Source: Octopus vulgaris
Lineage: Eukaryota
DNA length: 64,000 nucleotides
Assembly (NCBI GenBank): GCA_951406725.2
Contig: OX597823.1
Coordinates: 69,192,001-69,256,000, forward strand
Direction of reading: 5' to 3'
Shown here: piece after piece, positions 28,185 through 40,738 of the stretch
Numbering within the stretch: position 1 is the first letter of the stretch
Layout: every line of letters begins with the position of its first letter
Notes under the pieces: model-generated
What the model was told of the DNA's origin: nothing
What the model saw: only the letters and a program-made list of their open reading frames with translations
The model's database searches: none
Position numbers and translations under genes: made by a program

Positions 28185-28689
28185 TACATACATACATACA
28201 TACATACATACATACATACATACATACATACATACATACATACACACACATTTATTTATCGAACGAGACGAAAATGTTCTGCACCGAATGATAGTATAAT
28301 GTTTTCTATGATAGTTTATTTTTGGAAGCAGTGAGATTAATTTTTCTTCACATTTCATAGCATCGACTTAATTGAAAATATCTCAGTATATTATCCCAAG
28401 CTTTGAAAACGCGAAGTAATTAAGTAATTATTAAAATAAATGTTTTTGAGATTTTAAAATTTAATCTTTTCTGTGAAATTTGTATTATCATGCAAATTAT
28501 TTAGAAATTATTAAAATGACAAAGGAAAGCACCTCACATCATATCAAAATATCTTGTACAATATGAACTTGTTTAGTTTCTCTGTAAATAAATTTATTTG
28601 TCAAACAGCCAAGACAAGGAAAAAAGAAAAGAGGGAGAGACAATGATGTTAATAATCACAGTATTGTCAATTCAAACTACATAATTTAC

Positions 28690-28794
28690 AAGGCACATAT
28701 GCTCTGGTTGTTTCAACTGTGAACAGCTTGAAAATCAGTCCGTGGTGTAAGCTAAGCAAAAGAGAAAAAATTAAGATTGAAATAGCATATGATA
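28690..28794 (-). CDS. Internal exon, same gene (LSYAISILIFSLLLSLHHGLIFKLFTVETTRAYVP)
   Basis: Acceptor ctttttgcag, donor gtaaat, 105 nt, phase 1/1, hydrophobic TM-like segment. Confidence 0.75.
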
Positions 28795-28804
28795 CTGCAA
28801 AAAG

Positions 28805-28836
<32 letters not shown>

Positions 28837-28933
28837 TTAATCCAAACATGAACAAAGAGAAAACACAGCAACGCGAGGACGTGGAACAAGTATAGTGTTA
28901 TTGGACGCTCAGGAAAGGAAAGTAAGAAGGAGG

Positions 28934-28968
28934 ATTTAACGTTTCGAGCGGAGCTCTTCGTCAAAAAC
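28934..28968 (-). ncRNA. Minimal hammerhead, core-mutated copy (TTGACGA)
   Basis: Same family as 30786; C-to-T at the first core base. Confidence 0.6.
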
Positions 28969-29035
28969 ATAGGAAATGGAAAGATCCAAGGAAGGGAAGA
29001 CGGAGGAAGAAAAATCGCCAACGATATACACGCGG

Positions 29036-29068
<33 letters not shown>

Positions 29069-29087
29069 TATATGTATGTATATATAT

Positions 29088-29138
<51 letters not shown>

Positions 29139-29139
<1 letters not shown>

Positions 29140-29285
29140 GAAACAGAGATGCCAAAGGAATAAATAATTATCGTATGAACTTCATTAGCTTACAGCTGTT
29201 TCTGCTGTGAGATGCAGTGGACTCATATTTGAGTGTCTGAGTGTTATAGCTTCGTAGTTGTAAGCTAATGAAGTTCATAAGATAA
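29139..29285. mobile_element. Short fold-back element with hammerhead 3' half
   Basis: 27-bp inverted arms 29168-29194 / 29259-29285; GAAACAGCTGTA on the - strand; abuts (GATA)n. Confidence 0.5.
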
Positions 29286-29967
29286 CTGAGATCTTTACCT
29301 TTTGACCGGCAGATTTAGAAAATAATTTTCTTTAACTAAACACTTTCAAACTTCGCATACTGGTAGAATGTTTCATATAAAACATATTTCACTCTTAGCG
29401 TTGTTGAGAAAAGTTATGTTCACAAAGTTATTTCGTGTTAAAGTTCTCGCATTTCGGTAATTTCAACCAATCAATGACGTGTATTCAGCTGAATAAAATT
29501 ACTGCTGTTGTTTGTCAATAACAACTTCCGGCTGTGTATATATACATATATACATATACATATATATACGACAGGCTTCTTTCAGTTTCCGTCTACCAAA
29601 TCCACTCACACGGTTTTGGTTGGCTCGAGGCTATAGCAGAAGACACTTAACCAAAGTGCCACGCAATGGGACTGAACCCGGAACCATGTGGTTGGTAAGC
29701 AAGCTACTTACTGCACAGCCACTCCTATGTTTATAAAGAATATGAGGAGTTTAGTTATTGATGATCTAAACGAAAATGTACGCTGCGTAAGTGCTATAAT
29801 TGGTCATCCGTTAGGTTCCAAGTTCACAGCTAAGGCTGGAGCTAAAGATCTGTAGGTATATATTAAATGAAAATGGACAGCAAAACCGAGGCAGGACGAG
29901 TATCTCAAGTCATTTAGAGTATTTGATAAGAGTAAAGTGAATCAAAATAGAAGTATAAGTAATTAAT

Positions 29968-30043
29968 ATTTTACAGCTGTTTCTGGGATATCCCAGGAAA
30001 TGAATCAGCATCTCCATACACTGGGTATTCCGTGATCAGAGAC
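29968..30043 (-). ncRNA. Degenerate hammerhead with long stem II
   Basis: CTGATCA-CGGAATACCCAG..CTGGGATATCCCA-GAAA-CAGCTG-TA; one core substitution. Confidence 0.5.
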
Positions 30044-30135
30044 AAGGTGTGTATGTAAGAAAGTTCCAGATAGAGAATTCACAGTGTATAAAAGAATAAA
30101 ACAAACATGTATGTTTGTTTATATATATATATAAT

Positions 30136-30166
<31 letters not shown>

Positions 30167-30206
30167 TGTATATATATATATTAGATAGATAGATAGATAG
30201 ATAGAT

Positions 30207-30386
30207 AGGCGTAGGAGTGGCTGCATGGTAAGAAGCTTGCTTGCCTACCACATGGTTCTGGGTTCAGTCCCACTGAATGGAACCTTGGACAAGTGTCTTC
30301 TTCTATAGCCTCGGGCAAACCAAAGCCATGAGTGAATTTGGTAGACGGAAACTGAAAGAAGCCCGACGTATATGTATATATATATG

Positions 30387-30433
<47 letters not shown>

Positions 30434-30608
30434 GTCCCACCATCGCTTGACAACTGGTGTTGGTGTGTATATGTCCCCGTAACCTAGCTGTTCGGCAAAG
30501 TGTCCGATAGAATACGCACTAGGTTTACAAAGAATAAATCCTTGGGTTGGTTTGTTCGTCTAAAGGCGGTGCTCCCGCATTGCTGCAGTCAACTGATTGA
30601 AACTAATA
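30207..30608 (+). mobile_element. SINE family B
   Basis: Matches other family B copies. Confidence 0.88.
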
Positions 30609-30623
30609 GAAACATATATGTAT

Positions 30624-30682
<59 letters not shown>

Positions 30683-30686
<4 letters not shown>

Positions 30687-30873
30687 TAATCCAAACATGA
30701 AAACACAAAGAGAAAACACAACAACGCGAGGACGTGGAACAAATATAGTATTATTGGACGCTCAGGAAGGAAGGGAAGATGGAGGGTTTTACGTTTCGAG
30801 CGGAGCTCTTCGTCAGAAACATAGGAAAAGGAAAGATCCAGAGAAGGGAAGACGGAGGAAAAAAAATCGCCAA
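30683..30873 (-). mobile_element. ~190-bp hammerhead-bearing (TA)n-inserted element; other copies 28835-29041 and 60568-60790
   Basis: Three copies share the junction (TA)n-AGTTAATCCAAACA and the body sequence. Confidence 0.8.
30786..30820 (-). ncRNA. Minimal type I hammerhead ribozyme
   Basis: GTTT-CTGACGA-A-GAGC-TCC-GCTC-GAAA-CG-TA-AAAC; palindromic CG stem III, as in Penelope-type minimal hammerheads. Confidence 0.8.
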
Positions 30874-30911
<38 letters not shown>

Positions 30912-31349
30912 ATGTATCTATGTATGTAAGTATGTATACACACATACAGTGTTTTGTATTAAAAAAGGCAAAAAACAAAAATGCATAACTAACTGATCAG
31001 GGTTGACCAGGGTCGAAATAACTACTTAAAAGTTTTCATATTCTTGGTGCATGATAAACAAAAACAGAGAGAAACGTATGTATGTGCACCCGTGCGCAAA
31101 TGTGCATATATCTCAGTAGTAAAATATGTGTACGAATAAATAGCTATTTACAGAACATTTTCAAGATAATTAAATGTTATAATTTTAAAAAAGACGAGTC
31201 TGGAATCACAGCCAAATTTATAGCCGGGTCAACTGGTTTACATTACAATTAATTTTATTGGAATTCAAAAATATATATTCATATCTACTTTATCAATAGA
31301 TTTCAATCCTCTGCTCCCCACCCCCACATCCGCCTCTGCCTCTTCCTTC

Positions 31350-31384
<35 letters not shown>

Positions 31385-31604
31385 GTCATCACTTCTGCCG
31401 AGTTGTACAGAATCTATCGGTTATATGTATACTATCCAAAGTAAAAGCTTGAAGATTGGTAACTAAAGATGCCAACATGACTCCGAAGTAAAGAAATTCA
31501 CCTCAACATAGCGGCTCCGTGTGCAGTCTCACAACACGGAACCTTGAGCAAGTTTCTTATATATATAGATATACATACATACATACATACATACGTTAAT
31601 ACAA

Positions 31605-31696
<92 letters not shown>

Positions 31697-31700
31697 ATAT

Positions 31701-32090
31701 AGGTGTAGGAGTGGCTGTGTGGTAAGTAGCTTGCTTACCAGCTACATGGTTCCATGTTCAGTCCCACTGCGTGACACCTTGGGCAGGTGTCTTCTACTAT
31801 AGCCTCGGGCCGACCAAAGCTTTGTGAGTGGATTTGGTAGACGGAAGCTGAAAGAAGACCGTCGTATATATGTATGTGTATATGTTTGTGTGTCTGTGTT
31901 TGTCCCCCCAACATCGCTTGACAACAGATGCTGGTGTGCTTACGTCCCCGTAACTTAGCGGTTCAGCAAAAGAGCCCGATAGAATAAGTACTAGGCTTAC
32001 AAAGAATAAGTCTCGGGGTCGATTTGCTCGACTAAAGGCGGTGCTCCAGCATGGCCACAGTCAAATGACTGAAACAAGTAAAAGCGTAAA
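31701..32090 (+). mobile_element. SINE family B
   Basis: Full-length copy. Confidence 0.9.
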
Positions 32091-32276
32091 AAAGCGTAGT
32101 TGCCTTCCGTTGATCAAATTAACACAAAATACATAGTTTCTTTTGAAGTGCAAAAGAAATTCAGTAGACAGAAAGCGAGTGAATGACTGACAAAGACAAA
32201 GAAGTAATATTCCGAAAGCAGAAAAGCTGTGAAAACAGCAGAAAGATTGGGTATTTTACTCTTATAAGACGAAAAC

Positions 32277-32541
32277 ATTTGTCAGCAGAAAGCCATGTGA
32301 CTCCAACGCGCACCTCCCAGGTACCGGCTAAGTACTCTACTAATTAAGCTAAACTGCCCGCAGAGAACAATTTCTCTCAAATTAACACTAAATAACTTCT
32401 TCTGAAATGTAAAAGAGACTATGTATTTAGCGTTAAGTTGACAGAAATTGTTCTCAGCGGGCAGTTTAGCTTAATTAGTGGAGTACTCAGCCGGAATCTA
32501 GGAGGTGCGGGTTCGAGTCCCGTGGCTGTCTGCTGACAAAT
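32277..32541. repeat. Inverted repeat with a tRNA-like head in each arm
   Basis: Arms 32277-32393 / 32424-32541; A-box-like tagcttaattag and B-box ggttcgagtcc in 32459-32531. Confidence 0.7.
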
Positions 32542-33724
32542 TTTTCCGTCATTTGAGGGACGCAACCTTTGCTGCTTTCATTGCTATACTGTGTTCGAAA
32601 CATTACTTTCTTGTCTGTATCATACGGAAGACATTCGACACTTCGAAAAACAAAAGGAAATTTGTTTACATATGTTGTTACACACACACACACACACACA
32701 CATACATACATATATATATGTTTGTGTGTTTATCTATATAAAGTACATATATGTGAGAGGGACGAAGAAGGGGATTACGTTGTTGATGATGGTGGTGGAA
32801 GTGATGATAGTGGTTGTGGTAGTGATGGAGATGAGTTCAATTATAAATCGGTTTGAAGACCGTTGAAAAATTGAATACCGTCTCTGTATTCTATGTCCAG
32901 GGTAAGACAACTCGACAGACATTTTTTTTTTTAAAGATTACAAGTCATACTTATAAGTATGATGGAACGTTTATGTTGACACTCAAATAGTTAGGAATAG
33001 CAACGTGATATCCCTCATTTATATCCTACTCTCATGTGATATAAAGATCATGTTGGCTAATATAATTCTAGGTGCACCATGCCAGAAAAAAATTGGATGG
33101 TGATAGCTGGAAGGCTTTAGGTAATATGGTTTCAGACTTTAGCACAAGGCTAGCAATTTCGGATTGGGGTATAAGTCGATTATGCTGACCCGCAGTGTTC
33201 ACTTGGTACTTATTTTACTGACCCCACGAAAGGATGAAAGGCAAAGTCGACCTTGACGAAATTTGAACTCAGAACGTAAAAAGGACGGAATGCCACGAAG
33301 AATTTTTGCCCGTGCTAACGATTCTGCCATCTCGCCGCCTGAAGGATTTAGGTAATATGTCTGCAGATCATGGTTTATTTCGCAAAGCAGGAGAACCAGC
33401 AACAATACTACTACGACGGTTATTTCATTGAAATGTAGGGTAACAGAACTTATTCTGCTGAGATATCACAGCTTGTAATTCTCTACTCTTATTATTTAAT
33501 CCTAGGTTGATACTGATCGATTCTGAAAATAGGCTAAAACTGGTCCTTTGGCTCGTATCATCTCCCAAAGTTTATTGAGATGGAAACGCCTATTGGTTTT
33601 ATTTATTACCGAAGACTGTTTTCATGCATTTTATCGAGAGCAAATCAGTTAATCGTATTTAACATTTCTCTAAGCTATTGCCTGTGCTCAAAAATCTAAA
33701 GATATACTTCAACTATATCCTTAC

Positions 33725-33888
33725 AGATCAGACCTGCGTCGAATACTTGATTTGAAAAAAGGTTAGAACCAATCTGCCGTACTGTCTCACTCAAATGTGT
33801 CACAAAGATTACAATAAACTGAACTAATAGAAGCCAAACTTTTGACATGTAGTAGTATGTGTTCAAGACTTGAGCTGTAATATCTTGC
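33725..33888 (-). CDS. Internal exon of an unidentified multipass membrane protein gene (QDITAQVLNTYYYMSKVWLLLVQFIVIFVTHLSETVRQIGSNLFSNQVFDAGLI)
   Basis: Acceptor ggtttgcag, donor gtaagg, 164 nt open, phase 2 in / phase 1 out, joins in frame to exon 28690-28794. Confidence 0.75.
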
Positions 33889-34750
33889 CTGCAAACCAAT
33901 ATTTCTTTTTGCTCTATATAAAGATATCAATTCGACAAATAACTGTATTTTCTTAGCTAAGTCTATTTATTTAAGCTTTCTATTCAGGTAATAGAATATA
34001 AACAAAAATGTTGGAAACACATAGATCTCTATTGGTAAGTATCTCATTGAACAATTATGAAGAGAAATTATATTATTTACCATTGAAATGTATTGAATAT
34101 CAAAAATGTGCCAAATGATGATATAGTAACGATACGTGATACATCAGTTGCCGAGAGGTGAAATAATGGAAAATTTATTATATTTTAAAATATTTTTGTT
34201 GAATAACATGAGATAGAGGCAAAAATAAAAGCACCATCATATTTCAGATATACTGGAACATATTGAATAGCAGACAGAATTGAATGCAATATTGAACTAC
34301 AATATAACATCGTTTAAACAATATCAGAAAAAGAGAATAAACAAGAAAATTCTTGAATTATAGAACCTGTCGAAAAAAAAACAAAAAAAACAACTGAAAC
34401 TATTGTCAAATAGATTTTCTTTTTTTCTTTTAAGAAAAAAATATCCAATCCTTATCATTGAACAAAAATCCAAGTAGATGCAACAGAATTGACAAGAATT
34501 GTGAAAAGGAAAGAGAAAATAAAAACTGGATTCAAACCCAATAACTCTTAATCATATTTGGGAAGTTTACATATTCGAGGTTGAAAAGAACATTAGCACG
34601 ATGTCATGTAATAGCAAATTATCTAAACAAGGAATATATTCTTTATTTTTTCAAGAGATGGATGAATGTCTTCAGGCTTTTCTAAGATAAAATATTGTTC
34701 GATATAAGTTATTATCGTAGTTTAGATTGCTTTTATAGGAAATTGACTGT

Positions 34751-34754
<4 letters not shown>

Positions 34755-34811
<57 letters not shown>

Positions 34812-34892
34812 CAACAACAATAATAATAACAACAATAATAATAATAACAATAATAATAATGATGATAATGATAATAATAATAATAATAATAA
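34755..34892. repeat. (TAA)n/(CAA)n microsatellite
   Basis: Direct reading. Confidence 0.95.
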
Positions 34893-35146
34893 ATACCTAT
34901 AGATTTTGATATCTGAAATTATTTTGATTTATACAGTTTTTTTTTTAGTTTCCTTTTTTCACCAAAATATGTTATTAGTGTCTTCAAAGTGAGTTTAAGT
35001 TCAGGCTTTGCTTGGAAATTATTTATAACCAAACAGGTATTATTTGATATATCCATACATTCATCTATCCAGTTATCTATCTGTTTCATATATGTCAATT
35101 TTCGATCAATATATCTATCTACCCAGTTTTAAGCACACACAAACAC

Positions 35147-35219
<73 letters not shown>

Positions 35220-35459
35220 CAAACCATTAATGACAAACATTCGAGAAGTTTGGCCTTTAATTTTCTCAAACCAAAAGTAAAAGTTTGGGAAAAAAAATAT
35301 ATACTGACACATATACATACATGTGAATAAACACAATTATTACATATATTGTTGTTGTTGTTGTTGTTGTTGTGATCGTCATCATCATCACCATCATCAT
35401 CACAGCAGCAGCAGCAAAATTGTGATACACTGTCACAATCGTTATAGCGTCGGAAAAAA

Positions 35460-36680
35460 ATAATTTGCGACATTTCGTCCCTCTCTACATTCTGTGTTCA
35501 AATTCCGCCGAGGTCGACTTTGCCTGCCATATTTCCGAGGTCAATAAAATAAGTAACAGTTGAGTATTGGGCTATCATTTCATCGGAATTGTGTTCACGA
35601 CTAGACCCCTCCCATAAAATTCCAGGCCTTGTGCCTATAGTAGAAAGGATCATCATCGTCATTAAAAGTGTGATAGACTGGTGGAATCGTTAAAGCATCG
35701 AGAAAAACGCTCAGCGGCATTTCTTCCGGCTCTTTGCATTTTGAGCACAAATTTCACCAAGGTCGACTTTGTCTTTCTTTCTTTAGGGGGTCGACAGAAT
35801 AAGTACCAGTTGAGCAATGGAATCGACAACAGTCGGTTTGTTCCTTTCAATAAAATTGCAAACCCTGTGCACAAATTTATTTTTATTGTTGTGGTTATCA
35901 TCATCATCATCATCATCATCATCAACAACAACAACAACAGTGTGATGGATTGATGGAATTATAAGAAAAATGGTAAGATTGCCCTGGAGTATATTTCCCG
36001 CCTTCTTTACATTCTGAGTTCAAATCACACCGATGTCAACTTTGCCTTTCATCCCTCCCTGATCAGTAAAAAAAAAAAAATCAGTTGAATAGTAGTGTCA
36101 ATAATACTGACTTAAAACCTTCCTTCAAATTTGCTGGCTTTGCGACTGGAATTAACAACTACAAAATTTTTTGTCGAAAATGTTGACTGACAGAATTTTT
36201 ACATCATCGGAAGAAAGGCCGAGCGGTATTTGTTTCGAGTGCTTACATTTTGAGTTCGAATCTTACTGGGGTCGAATTTGTCCTTCCTTCTCCCGGAGTC
36301 GTTGAAATTCAGTCTCAGTAATCGAAGATATTTACTTACATTTTCCCCCAAATTTCAGGCCTCGCGCTAATGTTAGAAATAGTATCAATAGCACTGCAAA
36401 AAACAGAAGCATTCTTTAATCTTCGGCTTGATTCAAAGCTAGATGCCAGCTATGTTATTGACGAAATACTGGTTTCAAATTCTGGCACAAGGCCAGCAAT
36501 TTAGGGATAGTGGGAAAACCGATTACATCGACTCTAGTGTCTAACTGGTGCATATTTTATCGCTCTCGGAAGGATGAATAGGAGAGTCGACCTCGGCGAA
36601 ATTTGAATTCAGAACATAAAGACGGACGAAATGCTGCTAAGCGCATTGTCTGGTATGCTAACGATTCTGTCAGTTCGCCA
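35460..36680. mobile_element. Cluster of five older family-A-related SINEs; similar copies at 6140-6340, 15955-16560, 25350-25565, 33128-33338
   Basis: Repeated diverged core separated by (CAT)n/(AAC)n tails. Confidence 0.75.
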
Positions 36681-36780
36681 CATTTTATTGAAGAAATGTT
36701 AAAGCAGTGGTTCCTAACCTGGGGACCGCAGATCCCTGGTGGTCCGCAAAGGTGGTACTTGGGGTCCGTGAACTATATTT

Positions 36781-36854
36781 AAAGAAGTAGTTCAGTTAAT
36801 TAGAGCGTCGTACTAATAACGCGAATGTCGTGGGTTCGAGCCCCATACCTGCCA
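36781..36854 (+). pseudogene. tRNA-Ile(AAT)-like pseudogene
   Basis: tagttcagttaattagagcgtcgtaCTAATAAcgcgaatgtcgtgGGTTCGAGCCccatacctgcca; D, anticodon and T arms recognisable, 5' acceptor strand does not pair. Confidence 0.7.
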
Positions 36855-36868
36855 TGTATATTTTATAT

Positions 36869-37040
36869 AGGCGTAGGAGTGGCTGTGTGGTAACCAGCTT
36901 GCTTACCAACCACATGCTTCCGGGTTCAGTCCCACTGCGTGGCACCTTGGGCAAATGTCTCCTACTATAGTCTCGGGCCGACCAAAGCCTTGTGAGTGGA
37001 TTTGGTAGACGGAAACTAAAAGAAGCCCGTCGTATATATG

Positions 37041-37096
<56 letters not shown>

Positions 37097-37320
37097 TGTG
37101 TGTGTGTGTGTATGTTTGTGTGCTTATGTCCCCTCAACATCGCTTGACAACCGATGCTGGTGTGTTTACGTCCCCGTAACTTAGCGGTTCGGCAAAAGAG
37201 ATCGATAGAATAAGTACAAGGCTTACAAAGAATAAGTCACGGGGTTGATTTGCTCGACTAAAGGCGGTGCTCCAGCATGGCCACATTCAAATGACTGAAA
37301 CAAGTAAAAGAGTAAAAGCG
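36869..37320 (+). mobile_element. SINE family B
   Basis: Full-length copy nested in the hAT MITE. Confidence 0.9.
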
Positions 37321-38099
37321 ATACTTAAGGATTAAGCATATTAAAAGAGGTCCGTGGGAAAACTCATTTAAATAAAAGGATTGGAAACTACTGTTGGGAA
37401 CCACTGTGAAAAGGCTGGGATCCACTGTTTTAGAGAATGAAAATAGAAGAGAACATATAGATATACACACACATTTAAACAGCAAGCTGAACCATTATTT
37501 TTATATCGTTAGTTTAATAAATGTAATTCCATGATGACGTAGGTTAGATTAAGACAGTATGGTTTAAATTAACTTCCCTTGTGAAGCCTAACTCCTTGTT
37601 TCAGTGAGTCAACACCTTGGGTTTCAATGATTAATCAATGTCACAGGTATCAATTGTATTACGTGCCTACAATGCTTTTCCATTTTTCTTCCATCATTCG
37701 TAATTTAATCATTCATTTATATTGTATGTAGTTCCTATATCGTCGCCCTGCTAGCAAAAAGTTAACAAAATTGTCATCAAGTCACATCGTACCGTCTTAA
37801 CGAAAGAATATATTAAATATCGTAGTTCTTCATAATCCAAATATAACGGAATGATCACGCATGGAATGCTTTTGATGATTGTGCAGAGCGATCATGCTTG
37901 CCCTGAGTCTAAATAAGAACAACACCACCACCAACAACAACAACAACAGTGCATCAATATTTAGATCTAGGCAGCAAATTCTAAGCATACATGTGGAAAG
38001 AATGACATAGAGCAAGATGTATTGGACTTTGCACTTCGAAATTCTAACAGAGGTTGTAACAGATTGTGTCTTCCACAAGTAGTATACTCTTATGAAAAG

Positions 38100-38698
38100 A
38101 AGGCGGCGAGCTGGCAGAAACGTTAGCACGCCGGGCGAAATGCGTAGCCGTAAATCGTCTGTCGTTATGTTGTGAGTTCAAATTCCGCCGAGGTCGACTT
38201 TGCCTTTCATCCTTTCGGGGTCGATAAATTAAGCACCAGTTACGCACTGGGGTCGATGTAATCGACTTAATACCTATGTCTGTCCTTGTTTGTCCCCTCT
38301 ATGTTTAGCCCCTAGCGGGTAATAAAGAAATACGTATTTCGTCTGTCGTTACGTTCCGAGTTCAAATTCCGCCGAGGTCGACTTCGCCTTTCATCCTTTC
38401 GGGGTCGATAAATTAAGTACCAGTTACGCACTGGGGTCGATGTAATCGACTTGATACCTATGTCTGTCCTTGTTTGTCCCCTCTATGTTTAGCCCATTGT
38501 GGGTAATAAAGAAATACGTATTTCGTTTGTCGTTACGTTCCGAGTTCAAATTCCGCCGAGGTCAACTTTGCCTTTCGTCCTTTCGGGGTTGATAAATTAA
38601 GCACCAGTTACGCACTGGGGTCGATGTAATCGACTTAATCCCTTTGTCTGTCTTTGTTTGTCCCCTCTGTGTTTAGCCCCTTGTATGTAGTAAAGAAA
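38100..38698 (+). mobile_element. Head-to-tail trimer of SINE family A within one TSD
   Basis: One full unit plus two ~184-bp 5'-shortened units; TSD tatactcttatgaaa at 38083 and 38701. Confidence 0.9.
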
Positions 38699-39417
38699 TA
38701 TATACTCTTATGAAAGGTATGAAACAAACTACTTCAATCTGTCATTGTATACTATGTATTCTTTTATTCTTTCCTTTGTTTTAGTCATTGTGCTGCAACC
38801 ATACTTGGATAGTGCTTTGAAGGGTTTAGCCAATCAAATCAACCAGCGTGCTTATTTAAAATTTGGTGCTTAATTTGTCGGTGTCTTTTTATTCAACTGT
38901 AAAGTAACGAGGATGTTAACAATCCAATGTTGATGGTCAAACGGTGATAAACAAACAGAAACGTGCCCGTACGCACTTTCCGTCAACGAAATTCATTCAG
39001 AAAGTATTAATCGGCTCACAGCTTTACTATATATACCCAATGTGCTGTTGAGTGGGATCAAATCCAAAACTATGTCGTCACAAATTGATCTTCTTAACCA
39101 CACAACCCAAACTGCACCTGTATGTATCAAGTAAAAAAGAAAAAAATTAACTTGAGAATAAATTCAACGTATCTAGCATAAGTTTCTATTTGGATATTTT
39201 TCAACCCAATCTCTGCAGATATAAAAACAGAATGGTAAATCTACGCTTCACTGAGTTGGTCTAATAAGTCTCAGATATCTCCAGTTATTACAGTATGTAC
39301 TAAAAGATCAAATTCATTCAGTATTGCATGACCGCATTCAATTTTTAATCAAATTTGAATTCACAGTAATCTTCCTTGGTCATAAATAATCATTATATTA
39401 ATAATTTTCGTCCTTAC

Positions 39418-39538
39418 AAATATTTTATTTTTTTGCCCAGTAGGTTGACCCTTTGCCTGTCCAAAGCATTTTCATAAGTTTGTCGTAAACTCCCATGCTT
39501 GTTTTCAGACTTTTAATTAGCGCTTGTCTCAATATGTT
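39418..39538 (-). CDS. Probable upstream exon of the same gene; frame and boundary ambiguous
   Basis: Acceptor ttactcag and donor gtaagg. The 3' part (KKIKYL) is phase 2, matching exon 33888. Frame 0 (NILRQALIKSLKTSMGVYDKLMKMLWTGKG) shifts at an A7 run. Confidence 0.5.
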
Positions 39539-40287
39539 CTGAGTAATATAAAGCTTTCATTTCCTAAGTCCCAAGTTAATTTGGTAATTGAAAAACAAAC
39601 CAAAATGGATATGTGTATCATGATGCCGGGACGTTAAGGAAATATGCCCTATGTGTCGCATGTGACAGGCAAAGTGTCAAAGATGTTAGAATCTGCTTGA
39701 TTAAATTTATTTTCGTCCGTTAATCTTTTATTTTATGTCTGGGAAGTTTTGAAGGAGATACTAAGCTAACATTATTCATATAATTCATATTAAGCTAACA
39801 ATATTTTTTTCCAATATAAACATATCAATATTTCGGTACAATTTGTTCACCTTTTGAATTCATCTTGTTTTGTCTTCTCACATAACCAATTACTAATTAT
39901 ACACCACTTCATATTAAGAAACTATTATTGCAAGATATAACGTTGCAAACGCAGTATAGTTTATCAGTCTGTCTCTGTCCCCGTGTATGCTATGCACACA
40001 CACATGAATGTGTGTACGTATATATTTATGTATGTATGTAAGTATGTATGTATCTATTATCCGTACGTAGGATTATGAGTATGTGTATACTACTGAAAAC
40101 AGAGTGCTCGACTTGACACGTAAATATGAATACACATGCGCATGTACTTTCACACACACCACATACATACACGTGCTTGCGTACAAACAAATATATTTGG
40201 AACACAATGTATAGATTTTGTTATCGAACAGGGTACATTTGTGAAATAACAGACGAGATATTAAAATAAATGTTGTAATTTGAAGTT

Positions 40288-40707
40288 AGGATCTTAGTGG
40301 TTTTCGTAACTGTTTACAATTTTGCTCCAATTATTTTCAAATTTGGTATCTGAATTAAGTTTTGTATACTTATTACGAAAATGAAATTAATTTTCCCTAT
40401 AAATCCATAATTAAAAAGTTATTAGTCTTTAAAATTTGCAAAATTTGGGTATTTTAGCCAATCAGAAGCGAGCATTTTACACATGACCGCGGCGAAAAAA
40501 TTTTGTTTCCATAGTAACCATAGATGCTGCGCATGCGCACAAGGAGAAGGATATGCGAGAAAGATAGTCTTCTACTATAATAACACACGTGATTTTCTCC
40601 GTCACAGCATATGAATGAGAAAACAAGGAGTGATGGCAAGCTGGTCGTGGGAGGGTTTCAACTCTGTGTGAGTATATGTGTGTGTATGTAAAAGGGAGGT
40701 ATGTGAA

Positions 40708-40738
<31 letters not shown>

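Larger units (their letters stand above)
36705..37427. mobile_element. hAT-type MITE containing a tRNA pseudogene and a SINE
   Basis: Left end cagtggttcctaacct; three right-end-like copies (..aactactg, ..gggaaccactg, ..gggatccactg); ggtccg subterminal motifs. Confidence 0.6.

Noticed and set aside
38100-38698. Regularly spaced repeats as a CRISPR-like array
   Set aside because: Whole units repeat with no unique spacers; eukaryotic SINE multimer; no cas genes
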